From Tepidisphaera sp. (lineage in GTDB: Bacteria; Planctomycetota; Phycisphaerae; Phycisphaerales; UBA1924): a stretch of DNA of 64,000 nt. How positions within the stretch are numbered: position 1 is the stretch's first letter; every line of letters starts with the position of its first letter. Shown here piece by piece: positions 1-8,434 of the stretch. Both the position numbers and the translations under genes were made by a program. Below the pieces are notes generated by a model that made no database searches, was not told the DNA's origin, and saw only the letters and a program-made list of their open reading frames with translations. Location: contig CP051526.1 of the NCBI GenBank assembly GCA_050916045.1, forward strand, positions 992,001-1,056,000, written 5' to 3'.

Positions 1-2
1 AA

Positions 3-353
3 GGCGAACTCTTCCCCTTCGACGAAGCCCGTCCGGACGGCGCTGTCATCGGCCGGGATCCCGATTGCCAGGTTCAGCTGACCGACGAGAAGGTTTCCCG
101 GCATCACTGCCGGATCGTGTTTGATCCCGCCGACAGCACCAGCCGGATCATGGACCTTGGCAGCGCCAATGGGACCGCCGTCAACGGCGTCAAGGTCGAG
201 GGCAAGCCCATTCTCCGCGACGGCGACACCATCGCCATCGGCCAGTCCCTGCTCCGGTTCTCGGATCGCAAGCTGTCCCACGGCGCCCAGGATTACGCCG
301 GGATGCAGCACATTCCCCGGCAGAAGGAACGCTTCCGCGAAACGCAGGCCTGA
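3..353 (+). CDS. FHA domain-containing protein (5' truncated by window edge)
   Basis: Frame is open from position 3: ...AVIGRDPDC...EKVSRHHCRI...IMDLGSANGTAVNG...LRDGDTIAIG, carrying the FHA GR, SxxH and NGT motifs. Confidence 0.85.
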   Translation, partial: GELFPFDEARPDGAVIGRDPDCQVQLTDEKVSRHHCRIVFDPADSTSRIMDLGSANGTAVNGVKVEGKPILRDGDTIAIGQSLLRFSDRKLSHGAQDYAGMQHIPRQKERFRETQA

Positions 354-373
354 GCCCATACGCTCCTGCGTTG

Positions 374-1540
374 ATGCTTTACGATGCGCTCATTCTCGGC
401 ACCGGCACCATGGGTGTCGCCGCCGCCCTCGCTCTCGCCCGACGCGGACGGCTCGCTCTCGGCGTCGACAAAGCAAGCGTTCCCAACACGACGTCGGAGC
501 ATTTCGGCGGCGCCCGGATGTTCCGGACGGCCTACTACGAGCACCCCGCGTACGTGCCGCTCCTCAAGCGAAGCCGCGAGCTTTGGCTTGAACTCAACGC
601 TTCCTGCGGCCGCACGCTTTACCACGAGACGGGCGGGCTCTACCTCGGCCCGGCACGCGGCGGCGAGGTCGTGGACCGCTCGGCGGAGGCGGCCCGGCAG
701 CACGGCATCCCGCACGAAGTGCTTTCATCCGACGAGATTGCCGCCCGGTTTCCCCAGTTCCGTCCGCCGGCCGGATTCCACGACTGGATCGGCCTGATCG
801 AACCCGCGGCGGGCGTCATCCGGCCCGAACTCGCGGTCGCTTCGATGGCCGGCCTCGCTCGCGACGCCGGAGCGACTCTGGGAACCCACGAGGAAGTCCA
901 GGAGGTCATTCCCGGCGATGAGATCGAGATCGTCACCGATCGAGCCCGATACCACGGCAAGACGCTCATCGTCACCGCCGGGGCTTGGACCCGGAAGATC
1001 CTGAGCCTCAGCGACCTGCCCGCGCCCGCCATCACCGTCACGCGTCAGCCCATCGGCTGGTTCAAGCCGCCGCCAGACGAAGCCGCGTTCGCCCTGCAGG
1101 GGCCCGGCAAGCCTCCGTGCTGGGCGTTCGAAGATGAGCCGGGGTCGCTTCTATACGGGTTTCCCGTGCTGCCGGGGGAGGATTCGTTCCGCGTCGCTCG
1201 CCATCGCCGCGGGGCGGTCGTGGATCCCGACGCGATCGATCGAACGGTGACCGCGGCGGATGTTGCGGACTTCGAACCCGCGATCCGATCGCTGCTTCCG
1301 GGTTCGGGCGAGGTCGCTCGCTCGGCGGTTGCTTTCTACGCCAACTCGGAGGACTCGCACTTCATCATCGATCGCTTGCCGGGGCATCCCAACATCGTCG
1401 TGGGAGCCGGGTTCTCGGGGCACGGCTTTAAGTTCGCGCCGGTGGTGGGGGAGATTCTCGCGGATCTGGCGGCGGATCCGACCGCGCCGGTCCCGCCGGA
1501 ACTCTCGCTTTTCAGTTTGGGGCGGTTCGCGGCCCGTTGA
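374..1540 (+). CDS. solA: FAD-dependent N-methyl-L-tryptophan/sarcosine oxidase (SolA/MSOX family)
   Basis: N-terminal GTGTMG dinucleotide-binding motif, RMFRTAYYEHPAYVPL, C-terminal GFSGHGFKFAPVVGEILA. Confidence 0.8.
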   Translation: MLYDALILGTGTMGVAAALALARRGRLALGVDKASVPNTTSEHFGGARMFRTAYYEHPAYVPLLKRSRELWLELNASCGRTLYHETGGLYLGPARGGEVVDRSAEAARQHGIPHEVLSSDEIAARFPQFRPPAGFHDWIGLIEPAAGVIRPELAVASMAGLARDAGATLGTHEEVQEVIPGDEIEIVTDRARYHGKTLIVTAGAWTRKILSLSDLPAPAITVTRQPIGWFKPPPDEAAFALQGPGKPPCWAFEDEPGSLLYGFPVLPGEDSFRVARHRRGAVVDPDAIDRTVTAADVADFEPAIRSLLPGSGEVARSAVAFYANSEDSHFIIDRLPGHPNIVVGAGFSGHGFKFAPVVGEILADLAADPTAPVPPELSLFSLGRFAAR

Positions 1541-1594
1541 TGCTCCCGGCGTGGACTCTCGCGCCGTCCACCGAACTCGCGAAGGAACGCCCGA

Positions 1595-2209
1595 TTGCTC
1601 CGCAACGCCACAAGCACATCGCGTCTCCTGCCGATCCACGCCCTCGCTCTCGGGCTCAACACGCTCGTCGCGTCGTGGTACGGCATGATGCTGGTGCACG
1701 AACTAGGCCACGTGGCCGCCGCGCTCGCGACGGGGTCGCGGATCGAGAGCGTGCGAATTCCCTTGGTCGGATTCTCGCAGACGGAGATTTCGGTGTACCA
1801 CCATCCGCTCTGGGTGGTCGCGATGGGGCCGGTGGTGGGGGTCGCGGTTCCTCTGGCCGTGTGGGCGGTGGTGCGTGGGCCGACCCGGCGGTTTCGGGAT
1901 CGGTGGAGCCTTGAGCCGCTTTCACGGTTCTTCGCGGGGTTCTGCCTGGTCGCCAACGGCGGGTACCTCGCGTCCGCCATCGCTCAGCCGGTCGGGGATG
2001 TCGAAGAGCTGGTGCTTTTCGGCGTCCCGATCTTGGTCCTCACGCTCCTGGGCGGGCTGGGGGTGCTCGCGGGCCTGGCGATGTGGAACGGGCTTGGCAA
2101 AGCGTTCGGCTTTCGGGGTGCGGTCGCGAATCCTGGGATGCTGAACTCGGCGACCGTCTGGATGGCGGTCACGATGGCTTCGACGATCGTGGTGGAAGCG
2201 GTGTGGTAG
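1595..2209 (+). CDS. M50-like membrane zinc metallopeptidase
   Basis: HELGH motif within hydrophobic segments, several TM helices, downstream GPVVG and GD motifs; start uncertain. Confidence 0.65.
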   Translation: MLRNATSTSRLLPIHALALGLNTLVASWYGMMLVHELGHVAAALATGSRIESVRIPLVGFSQTEISVYHHPLWVVAMGPVVGVAVPLAVWAVVRGPTRRFRDRWSLEPLSRFFAGFCLVANGGYLASAIAQPVGDVEELVLFGVPILVLTLLGGLGVLAGLAMWNGLGKAFGFRGAVANPGMLNSATVWMAVTMASTIVVEAVW

Positions 2210-2248
2210 AGGCCTGGGGACACGCCGGGTGCGGCTCTACAGTCCTCC

Positions 2249-3277
2249 ATGGACTGGTTTGACGCCCATCTCGATCTCGCCTGCATCGCTCTTGAAGGCC
2301 GCGACATGCTCGCGGATGAACCGGACGGCGGAGCCAATCCGCCGGGCGCGATCACGCTCCCGACGCTTCGCGCGGGGAACGTGCGAGCGGCCCTCGCGAC
2401 GATCTTCATCGAGCCCGAAGGAACGCCGGACGCGATCGCGTACAAGTCCGGCGATTCCGAATCGGCGTCCGCCGCCGCTCACCGGCAACTTGAGATCTAC
2501 CAAGCCTGGGCAAGATCGGGTGAGTGTGCGATTGGCTTGCCAGCCAACTCGCTTTCGTCGGGCCCCGTTCGCTTCGCGGTGCTGGTCGAGGGCGCCGACG
2601 GCATCCGCTCGCCGGAGGAACTTGCGTGGTGGGTCGAGCGCGGCGTGGTCGCGATCGGCCTCGCGTGGGCCAAGCAGACGCGGTACGCGGGCGGGAACAC
2701 GTGCGAAACGGGCCTGACTGATCTGGGGCGAGCGATGATCCGCGAGATGGACCGGCTTGGCGTGGTGCACGACACGACGCACCTGTCGGACGCTTCGCTT
2801 CGCGAGCTTTTCGAGCGGGCGGAGGGGCCGATCATCGCGACGCACTCCAACTGCCGGGCTTTGCTCGACGATGGGTCCCTCGCGATCGGCCCGCGGCAGC
2901 GGCACCTGACCGACGACTCGATCAGAGAGATCGGTCGGCGCGGCGGCATGATCGGGAGCGTGCTCTACTCGCCGTTCATCATCCGCGGCGGCAAACGGGA
3001 CCGCCGGGCGACACTCGCGGAATGGGCGGAGCACGTCGATCGGCAGTGTGAGCTGATGGGCAATCGTTCGCAGGTCGGGCTTGGGTCCGACGCGGACGGC
3101 GGGTTCTCGGCGCTCACCCTGCCCGAGGGTGTGAACCGTCCCCGCGACTACGACAAGCTTGCCGAAACCCTGCGGAATCGCGGCTGGAGCGATGCCGAGG
3201 TCGAAGGCTTCGCGTGGAGAAACTGGACGGATTTCTGGGCCAGGCACAACCCGCTCCGTGACTCCGTGACTTCCTGA
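2249..3277 (+). CDS. Membrane dipeptidase (peptidase M19, amidohydrolase fold)
   Basis: DAHLD, VEGAD, DTTHLS, ATHSNCRAL, GLGSDADGG motifs. Confidence 0.9.
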   Translation: MDWFDAHLDLACIALEGRDMLADEPDGGANPPGAITLPTLRAGNVRAALATIFIEPEGTPDAIAYKSGDSESASAAAHRQLEIYQAWARSGECAIGLPANSLSSGPVRFAVLVEGADGIRSPEELAWWVERGVVAIGLAWAKQTRYAGGNTCETGLTDLGRAMIREMDRLGVVHDTTHLSDASLRELFERAEGPIIATHSNCRALLDDGSLAIGPRQRHLTDDSIREIGRRGGMIGSVLYSPFIIRGGKRDRRATLAEWAEHVDRQCELMGNRSQVGLGSDADGGFSALTLPEGVNRPRDYDKLAETLRNRGWSDAEVEGFAWRNWTDFWARHNPLRDSVTS

Positions 3278-3306
3278 CGCCGTGGCTTCCGGTCTACCCT
3301 CCCGCA

Positions 3307-4515
3307 ATGGCCAAGAAAGCCAAATCCTCCAAAGCCACCGGCGGCACGTTCGCCGACCGCGTGCAGGATCTTCCCCCGCCGCCGATGACGCGCGGATATC
3401 CGCCGCCCGTTTCGCTTGGGGCCGTTCTCGGCCAGGACCACGCGGTGAGCATCCTTCGCAAAGCGGTCGCCGCCGACCGCGTCCACCACGCCTGGATCTT
3501 CCATGGTCCGCGCGGCGTGGGAAAGTTCACCGCCGCTCTCGCGTTCGCCGCGCTCATCCTCGACCCCACCTCCACCCCGGGCCTGACCGGCGAGATCGAA
3601 CCCGATCCCGAAGGCCGCGTCGCCAAGCTCCTCGCCGCGGGCACGCACCCCGACCTCCACGTGATCACCAAGGAACTCGCGCGGTACCACGAGGACAAGG
3701 ACGTTCGCGACAAGAAGCTCATCACCATCCCCAAGGAAGTGATCGTCGAGCATCTCATCGAGCCCGCGAAGAAAGGTCCGAACCTCCAGAACGATGCCCG
3801 CGTCGCCAAGGTCTTCATCATCGATGAAGCCGAACTGATGGATCGTTCGCTCACGAACGCGCCGGTCCAGAACTCGATCCTCAAAACGCTCGAAGAGCCC
3901 GACGGCAAGACCGTGATCATCTTGGTCACCTCAAGCCCCGAGCGTCTTCTCACCACCATCCGGAGCCGGTCGCAGCAGGTCCGTTTCGGCCCGCTTGATC
4001 CGACCTCGATGAAGCGGTGGGTCGGAGCTCAGGACACCTCCGCCTGGGGCATCGATCGGGAAGAGCTCGCGTGGCTTGTCGATCAGGCCGAGGGGTCGCC
4101 CGGCGAGTTCATGACCGCACGCGAGATGGGCATCTACGCGTGGCACCAGACGCTCGCGCCGATGCTCCGCGAAGCCGCACGCGGGAAGTACAGCATGGGC
4201 CTTGGCCCCAAGATCGCCGAGCTCATCGAGAAGCAGGCCGAATCGGTCGTGAAGGCCACCCCCCAAGCGAGCAAGGAAGCCGCCAATCGCGCCGCCGCTT
4301 CGAGGCTCTTCCGGCTGATCTCGCGGTTCTATCGCGATCACCTCCGGTCGGGCCTGCCCCGCGGCGTGGACAGCGGGTTCAACGACGGCGCCTGCCGCGC
4401 GATCGACGCGGTACGGCAAGCCGAGCGCCTCGTGGACGCTCAGGTCAACCTCACCTTCATCGGTGAGTGGCTCTCGGCCGAGCTTGTCGCCGCGGCCGAG
4501 CCCATGCCGGTGTGA
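3307..4515 (+). CDS. holB: DNA polymerase III subunit delta'
   Basis: HAWIFHGPRGVGK, THPDLH, KVFIIDEAELM, NSILKTLEEP, LLTTIRSRSQ. Confidence 0.85.
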   Translation: MAKKAKSSKATGGTFADRVQDLPPPPMTRGYPPPVSLGAVLGQDHAVSILRKAVAADRVHHAWIFHGPRGVGKFTAALAFAALILDPTSTPGLTGEIEPDPEGRVAKLLAAGTHPDLHVITKELARYHEDKDVRDKKLITIPKEVIVEHLIEPAKKGPNLQNDARVAKVFIIDEAELMDRSLTNAPVQNSILKTLEEPDGKTVIILVTSSPERLLTTIRSRSQQVRFGPLDPTSMKRWVGAQDTSAWGIDREELAWLVDQAEGSPGEFMTAREMGIYAWHQTLAPMLREAARGKYSMGLGPKIAELIEKQAESVVKATPQASKEAANRAAASRLFRLISRFYRDHLRSGLPRGVDSGFNDGACRAIDAVRQAERLVDAQVNLTFIGEWLSAELVAAAEPMPV

Positions 4516-4521
4516 TTCGAT

Positions 4522-5481
4522 TCAGAACGCGAACTTGATATTCAGGCCGACCACCGGCGTGGCTTCGGACTCGAACTCGCTGATCTTGTTGCCGTTGGTG
4601 TCCTCGAGGCGGAACTTTCGGTAGGCGTAGACGCCAGCGTATCCGCCGAGGGTGATGTTTCGCGAGGGGGCGTACTCGAACCCGAGCTCGATGGGGACAG
4701 CCCGGTCGCGGCCGACGCCTTCGGGGGCGGCGTCGCGGTCGTTGAGGCGGAACTCTTTGCCTTCGAACGTTGCGCCCAGGGAGAACGTCCACGCTTTGGA
4801 CGGCGTGTAGAGCAGAGAAAGGCCCGGGCGATTCAGGGTTGCGAGTCTCCACTCATCGGAAATCTTCCAATCGATGCCGGGGATCGGGATGATCAGGACG
4901 TTGTCCTCGATGCGGGATTGGGCGAAGAGGCCGAGAGAGGCGGAGAAGGTCTCGGTGCACTGGTGCGAGACTGCGCCGAAGCCGCCGTAGGTCAGGGTGT
5001 CGCTGAACTCAGCCCCTTCTTCGCCCGCGCTGCCGATGGTGGCACCGAGGACCATGCCCCATTTGCCGCCCAAGGGCTGGGAGTAGATGGCGGAGAGGTC
5101 GACCGCGTGGATGTCCGACCAGGGCTCAGAGAAGCCGGGGGCGAAGCCGGTGGCGTCTTTGAAGTCGTAGAACGAGGTGGTCCAGTCGAGGTTCACAGCC
5201 AGGCGGCTCTTCTCGCCGGTGGGGATGAGGATGCCGAGTTCAGCCCCGGCGCGGGAGACCGCGACGCTGCCGGGGGCCTTGTCGAAGTCGGTGGAGAAGG
5301 CGTGGGAGCCACTGAGGGTGAAGGAGACGCGCCAGGGATCTTTGCTCTTGGTGGCTTGGTCGAGCGGGGGAGGGGTAGGAGTGGGGGCCGGAGTCGGCTG
5401 GGGCTGGGCGTAGGCGACGATCGCGGCCTGCTGGGTGAGGTCGGGGTTGGTGAGGACGTTGGGGGGGAGGTCGATCATCAT
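4522..5481 (-). CDS. Outer-membrane beta-barrel protein (DUF6268-like)
   Basis: Alternating amphipathic strands, PIPGIDWKISDEW segment, C-terminal aromatic (IKFAF); start placed at ATG 5481 because the longer ORF overlaps thyX. Confidence 0.65.
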   Translation of the reverse strand: MMIDLPPNVLTNPDLTQQAAIVAYAQPQPTPAPTPTPPPLDQATKSKDPWRVSFTLSGSHAFSTDFDKAPGSVAVSRAGAELGILIPTGEKSRLAVNLDWTTSFYDFKDATGFAPGFSEPWSDIHAVDLSAIYSQPLGGKWGMVLGATIGSAGEEGAEFSDTLTYGGFGAVSHQCTETFSASLGLFAQSRIEDNVLIIPIPGIDWKISDEWRLATLNRPGLSLLYTPSKAWTFSLGATFEGKEFRLNDRDAAPEGVGRDRAVPIELGFEYAPSRNITLGGYAGVYAYRKFRLEDTNGNKISEFESEATPVVGLNIKFAF

Positions 5482-5552
5482 GGTGCGAAGCCTTTCGTGC
5501 CCACGGGAGGTTTCGATTCGACGAGCATAGCGGAACTCAAGCGGCGGCGTGG

Positions 5553-6539
5553 CTAGAGCCCGAGCATGGCCCGCTTCTCCGCCCATTCGGCGGCTTCGCG
5601 TTTGTTCTCTGAGACGATCGCGCCCGCGCCACCCGAAGACAGGCCTCGGATGGCGTCGATCTCGAGGCGGCTGAGGCGGACGCTTTCGAAGGCGTAGTCG
5701 CGCCAAGCTTCGACGCTGATGGGCACGATGGGCTCGATGAGGGCGAGCATGGCTGCGGCGAACGCCCGGATCTCGCTCTGGGCGTGGTGGTCGAGGCGGA
5801 GCGACAGGAAGTGCAGCGTGTTGTGCAGGTCGCACTTCCAATACCACTCGGTGTACATGTTGACGGGGAGGCCGATGCGGGCCATCTCGCGGCTGACGCC
5901 CGCGTCGGTGAGTTTGATGTACTCGTGGTAGCTGGCTTCGACGGTGTCGAGGAAGCGGACGAACTCTTCGGCGGTCTTGAGTTCGCCAGCGTCGCCGCTG
6001 ACGCCCATGGCTTCTTCGCCGCCTTGGCGGTTGCTCTTGCTCTGCTTCCTGACCTCGGCCACCGTTGGTTTGTAAAAACGGTCGGGGATGATCGAGTAGC
6101 GGCCTGAGTATTCGTTGACGTTCGCGGTTCGGTGGCGGATCCACTGTCTGGCGATGAAGATGGGCATGCAGACGTGGAACTTGAACTCGACCATCTCGAA
6201 CGGGGTCGAGTGCCGGTGCCGCATGAGGTAGCGGATGAGCCCCTTGTCCTCGCTGACCTGCTTGGTCCCCTGGCCATAACTGACGCGGGCGGCCTGCACG
6301 ATGGCGGCGTCGGCGGTCTTCCCCTTGGGCACGAGCCTGGGCATGGTGTCGACGAGGGCGACAAACCCGTGGTCGAGGACGGGGATCTCCCAGCGGGCCG
6401 AGCCTCCCATGGCGTCGACCATCTCCCCCTCGCCAGCGGCGGGGGCGACCTTCTTGATCTTGGCGTCCATCTCAGCGACGAGCGCGGGGGCGGCGTGGTT
6501 GGGGTGGAGGGCGGGGGTGTGGGGGGCAGGGGGGGGCAT
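5553..6539 (-). CDS. thyX: FAD-dependent thymidylate synthase
   Basis: AARVSY, HSTPFE, ThyX motif RHRTANVNEYSGRY, AQSEIR. Confidence 0.95.
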   Translation of the reverse strand: MPPPAPHTPALHPNHAAPALVAEMDAKIKKVAPAAGEGEMVDAMGGSARWEIPVLDHGFVALVDTMPRLVPKGKTADAAIVQAARVSYGQGTKQVSEDKGLIRYLMRHRHSTPFEMVEFKFHVCMPIFIARQWIRHRTANVNEYSGRYSIIPDRFYKPTVAEVRKQSKSNRQGGEEAMGVSGDAGELKTAEEFVRFLDTVEASYHEYIKLTDAGVSREMARIGLPVNMYTEWYWKCDLHNTLHFLSLRLDHHAQSEIRAFAAAMLALIEPIVPISVEAWRDYAFESVRLSRLEIDAIRGLSSGGAGAIVSENKREAAEWAEKRAMLGL

Positions 6540-6558
6540 GGGCGAGGGTAGACGGGGC

Positions 6559-6581
6559 GTAGCACGGGCTTCCAGCCCGTG
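6559..6581 (+). repeat. REP-like element: GTAG + hairpin (GTAG-CACGGGCT-TCC-AGCCCGTG)
   Basis: Perfect 8-bp stem preceded directly by GTAG, the architecture of GTAG-class REPs; a 13-nt reverse-complement copy lies at 21036-21048. Confidence 0.6.
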
Positions 6582-6694
6582 GGGCAGGGGGGTGGTGTGG
6601 ACTGGGCGCGACCCTGTCCGGCATCAGTTCGTCGAAGTACGGTAGAATCGTGTTGGAACTCTCCGCACTTTCAAGTACGATCAGAGCAACTCGC

Positions 6695-7087
6695 ATGACA
6701 CCCACGAACTCAATCGAACCTGTTGAAAAACGATTGCCCTCCCAACCATCGAACGGATTGCTTGTCATTGGGCTAATCTTCTTGGCGTTTAACGCTTTCT
6801 CGATAATGTCTCGTGGCGTCTCCGGCTGGAACTTCTTCGGACTTGCTGCCAGCATTGGCTCGATTCTGGTCTACGTGGCCAATCGACAAAAACATGCCGA
6901 CGCCCTCACCGAGCGAAAAGACCGGCAGCCGGAAACTGAGCTCAATCATCGTGCGAGAAAGCTCGACCTTTTAGAGCGGGAATTGGAATTGGATAAGCGA
7001 GAGAGCGAACTCATGAAGCGGCTGGAGCAACTCAACCGCAACGCCGCTCCTGTGGACCGTAACGCAGCGGCAGATGAGAGGGTCTAG
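6695..7087 (+). CDS. Hypothetical protein with 2 TM helices and C-terminal coiled coil
   Basis: ORF in an AT-richer segment; two hydrophobic stretches, then LDLLERELELDKRESELMKRLEQL; ATG 6695 preferred, alternative start 6650. Confidence 0.6.
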   Translation: MTPTNSIEPVEKRLPSQPSNGLLVIGLIFLAFNAFSIMSRGVSGWNFFGLAASIGSILVYVANRQKHADALTERKDRQPETELNHRARKLDLLERELELDKRESELMKRLEQLNRNAAPVDRNAAADERV

Positions 7088-7181
7088 CAGACGCACTTCA
7101 TTATCCATAGTTGACCGAAGCATTCAAGCCACCGCAGTGGGCATATGAAGCGATGAGGAGCGTGATGGTTGAGGAGAACCA

Positions 7182-7895
7182 ATGACAACTTTCGGTAGTC
7201 CATCGGAAATCGGCAACATCCTCCAAAGTGCATGCTTTGAGTTTCGAGGCAACCTCTTGGCGTTGGAACTCGATTTCCAACTCAGCGTCGCTGCATTTCA
7301 CCTGCTGCGAGATCGTCTGCATGCTGTGGAGGACGGAGACGGCATTTCTCTCGAACTAGATCCGGATTCGGCAATACAAATCGAATCGTGCGGCCCGCTC
7401 CTGCACAATAAGGCGATAAAGAATAGAGTCATTGAAATGCGACACTCGCAACCCGCGCTTCAATCGCTCTATGTGCTGTGGGGCTACTTCGAGCATTGGC
7501 AAGTGCAGCTAATATCCGCATCGTCTCCCACCACTGCGCCGCGCCGAACCCTACCGTTCAAACAAGCGAACGATAGGCTTCAGCGTGACTTGTTCTTGAA
7601 CATTGAAAAGCTCGAGCACTTCGAACAGTGTCGCGAAGCCAAGGAAACAAGAAACGCTTGGATACACAACGGCGGCAAGGCGGATGAGAACTATATGACG
7701 CAAACTAAGACATATGCCAGAGCAAAGGATAATGCGGTCTTGCCGGTGAATCACGCGTACTTCAAAGAGGTGCTGTTCTCGTTTGAAAGTCTGGTCGCCG
7801 AGGCTCAGCAGATTCTCTTGGAAAAGTACCCGCCGAAGTCTCCATTCGATAGCGAGAAAGCCGCGAGATCGCTGTTCGAGGACGTCGACGACTGA
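7182..7895 (+). CDS. Hypothetical protein with HEPN-like RNxxxH motif
   Basis: GAGGAG RBS at 7171-7176; helical protein containing EAKETRNAWIHNGG; AT-richer codon usage than flanking genes. Confidence 0.6.
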   Translation: MTTFGSPSEIGNILQSACFEFRGNLLALELDFQLSVAAFHLLRDRLHAVEDGDGISLELDPDSAIQIESCGPLLHNKAIKNRVIEMRHSQPALQSLYVLWGYFEHWQVQLISASSPTTAPRRTLPFKQANDRLQRDLFLNIEKLEHFEQCREAKETRNAWIHNGGKADENYMTQTKTYARAKDNAVLPVNHAYFKEVLFSFESLVAEAQQILLEKYPPKSPFDSEKAARSLFEDVDD

Positions 7896-7951
7896 ATCGG
7901 GGGCCTAGGTGATGCGCCGAACGTGGCCTTGGATGATCGGTCGCTCGGGCT

Positions 7952-8182
7952 GGGCTCGTTCGGTGCCGGACCAGCGTCATTCGGCGGAGTTCTGATGGCG
8001 ATGGGTGCTCCGCCGACGCGCTTGGATGCTCTGCCGATGGCGATTGACGCGATTCTGATCGCGATCGGTGCTCCGCCAATGACGATCGGCGATCTGCTGA
8101 TGGCGATGGGCACTCTGCCAACGCGCTTGGATGGTCTGTTGATGGCGATGGGTGCTCTGCTGACGCGCTTAGAAGGCCTGCT
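7952..8182. repeat. Degenerate 21-bp tandem repeat array (9 clear units 7994-8182, 2 decayed units upstream)
   Basis: Units: GATGGCGATGGGTGCTCCGCC, GACGCGCTTGGATGCTCTGCC, GATGGCGATTGACGCGATTCT, GATCGCGATCGGTGCTCCGCC, AATGACGATCGGCGATCTGCT, GATGGCGATGGGCACTCTGCC, AACGCGCTTGGATGGTCTGTT, GATGGCGATGGGTGCTCTGCT, GACGCGCTTAGAAGGCCTGCT. Confidence 0.9.
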
Positions 8183-8257
8183 GGATGGGGGCGTCAGACA
8201 GTTTGGGGGGTTGAATCGGCTTGATGACCGTGGAATCAGGGCCGAGAACGGTGGGGA

Positions 8258-8281
8258 CACCGCTCTGGAGAGCGGTGCCAC
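8258..8281 (-). repeat. REP-like element: GTGG + hairpin (minus strand GTGG-CACCGCTCT-CC-AGAGCGGTG)
   Basis: Perfect 9-bp inverted repeat with a GTGG foot; shares GTRGCAC...TCCAG...GTG with the 6559 element, in the opposite orientation. Confidence 0.55.
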
Positions 8282-8383
8282 CAAAGGCCCTCGCACCCGC
8301 CCCACACAGAAAAATCTGCACAACCGCTCAACCCCTACCCCGGGTTGTCCGATTCCTTTACCGGCTTTGGGGCCGAAGCCCTG

Positions 8384-8411
8384 GTGCCAAGTGCTTCGTG
8401 CCCAGTGCCTC
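8384..8411 (+). repeat. 7-bp tandem micro-array x4 (GTGCCAA GTGCTTC GTGCCCA GTGCCTC)
   Basis: Read directly; lies just upstream of the AAGGAG RBS of the 8435 gene. Confidence 0.7.
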
Positions 8412-8434
8412 TTCCCCCCCCCAAGGAGCCCCCC

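Noticed and set aside
5482..6144. N-terminal extension of the 540-aa ORF 4522-6144
   Set aside because: Overlaps thyX in another frame and is Arg/Pro-rich shadow sequence; the barrel gene more plausibly starts near 5481.
7952..8182. CRISPR array interpretation of the 21-bp repeats
   Set aside because: Units are contiguous with no unique spacers, are degenerate, and no cas genes are in the window.
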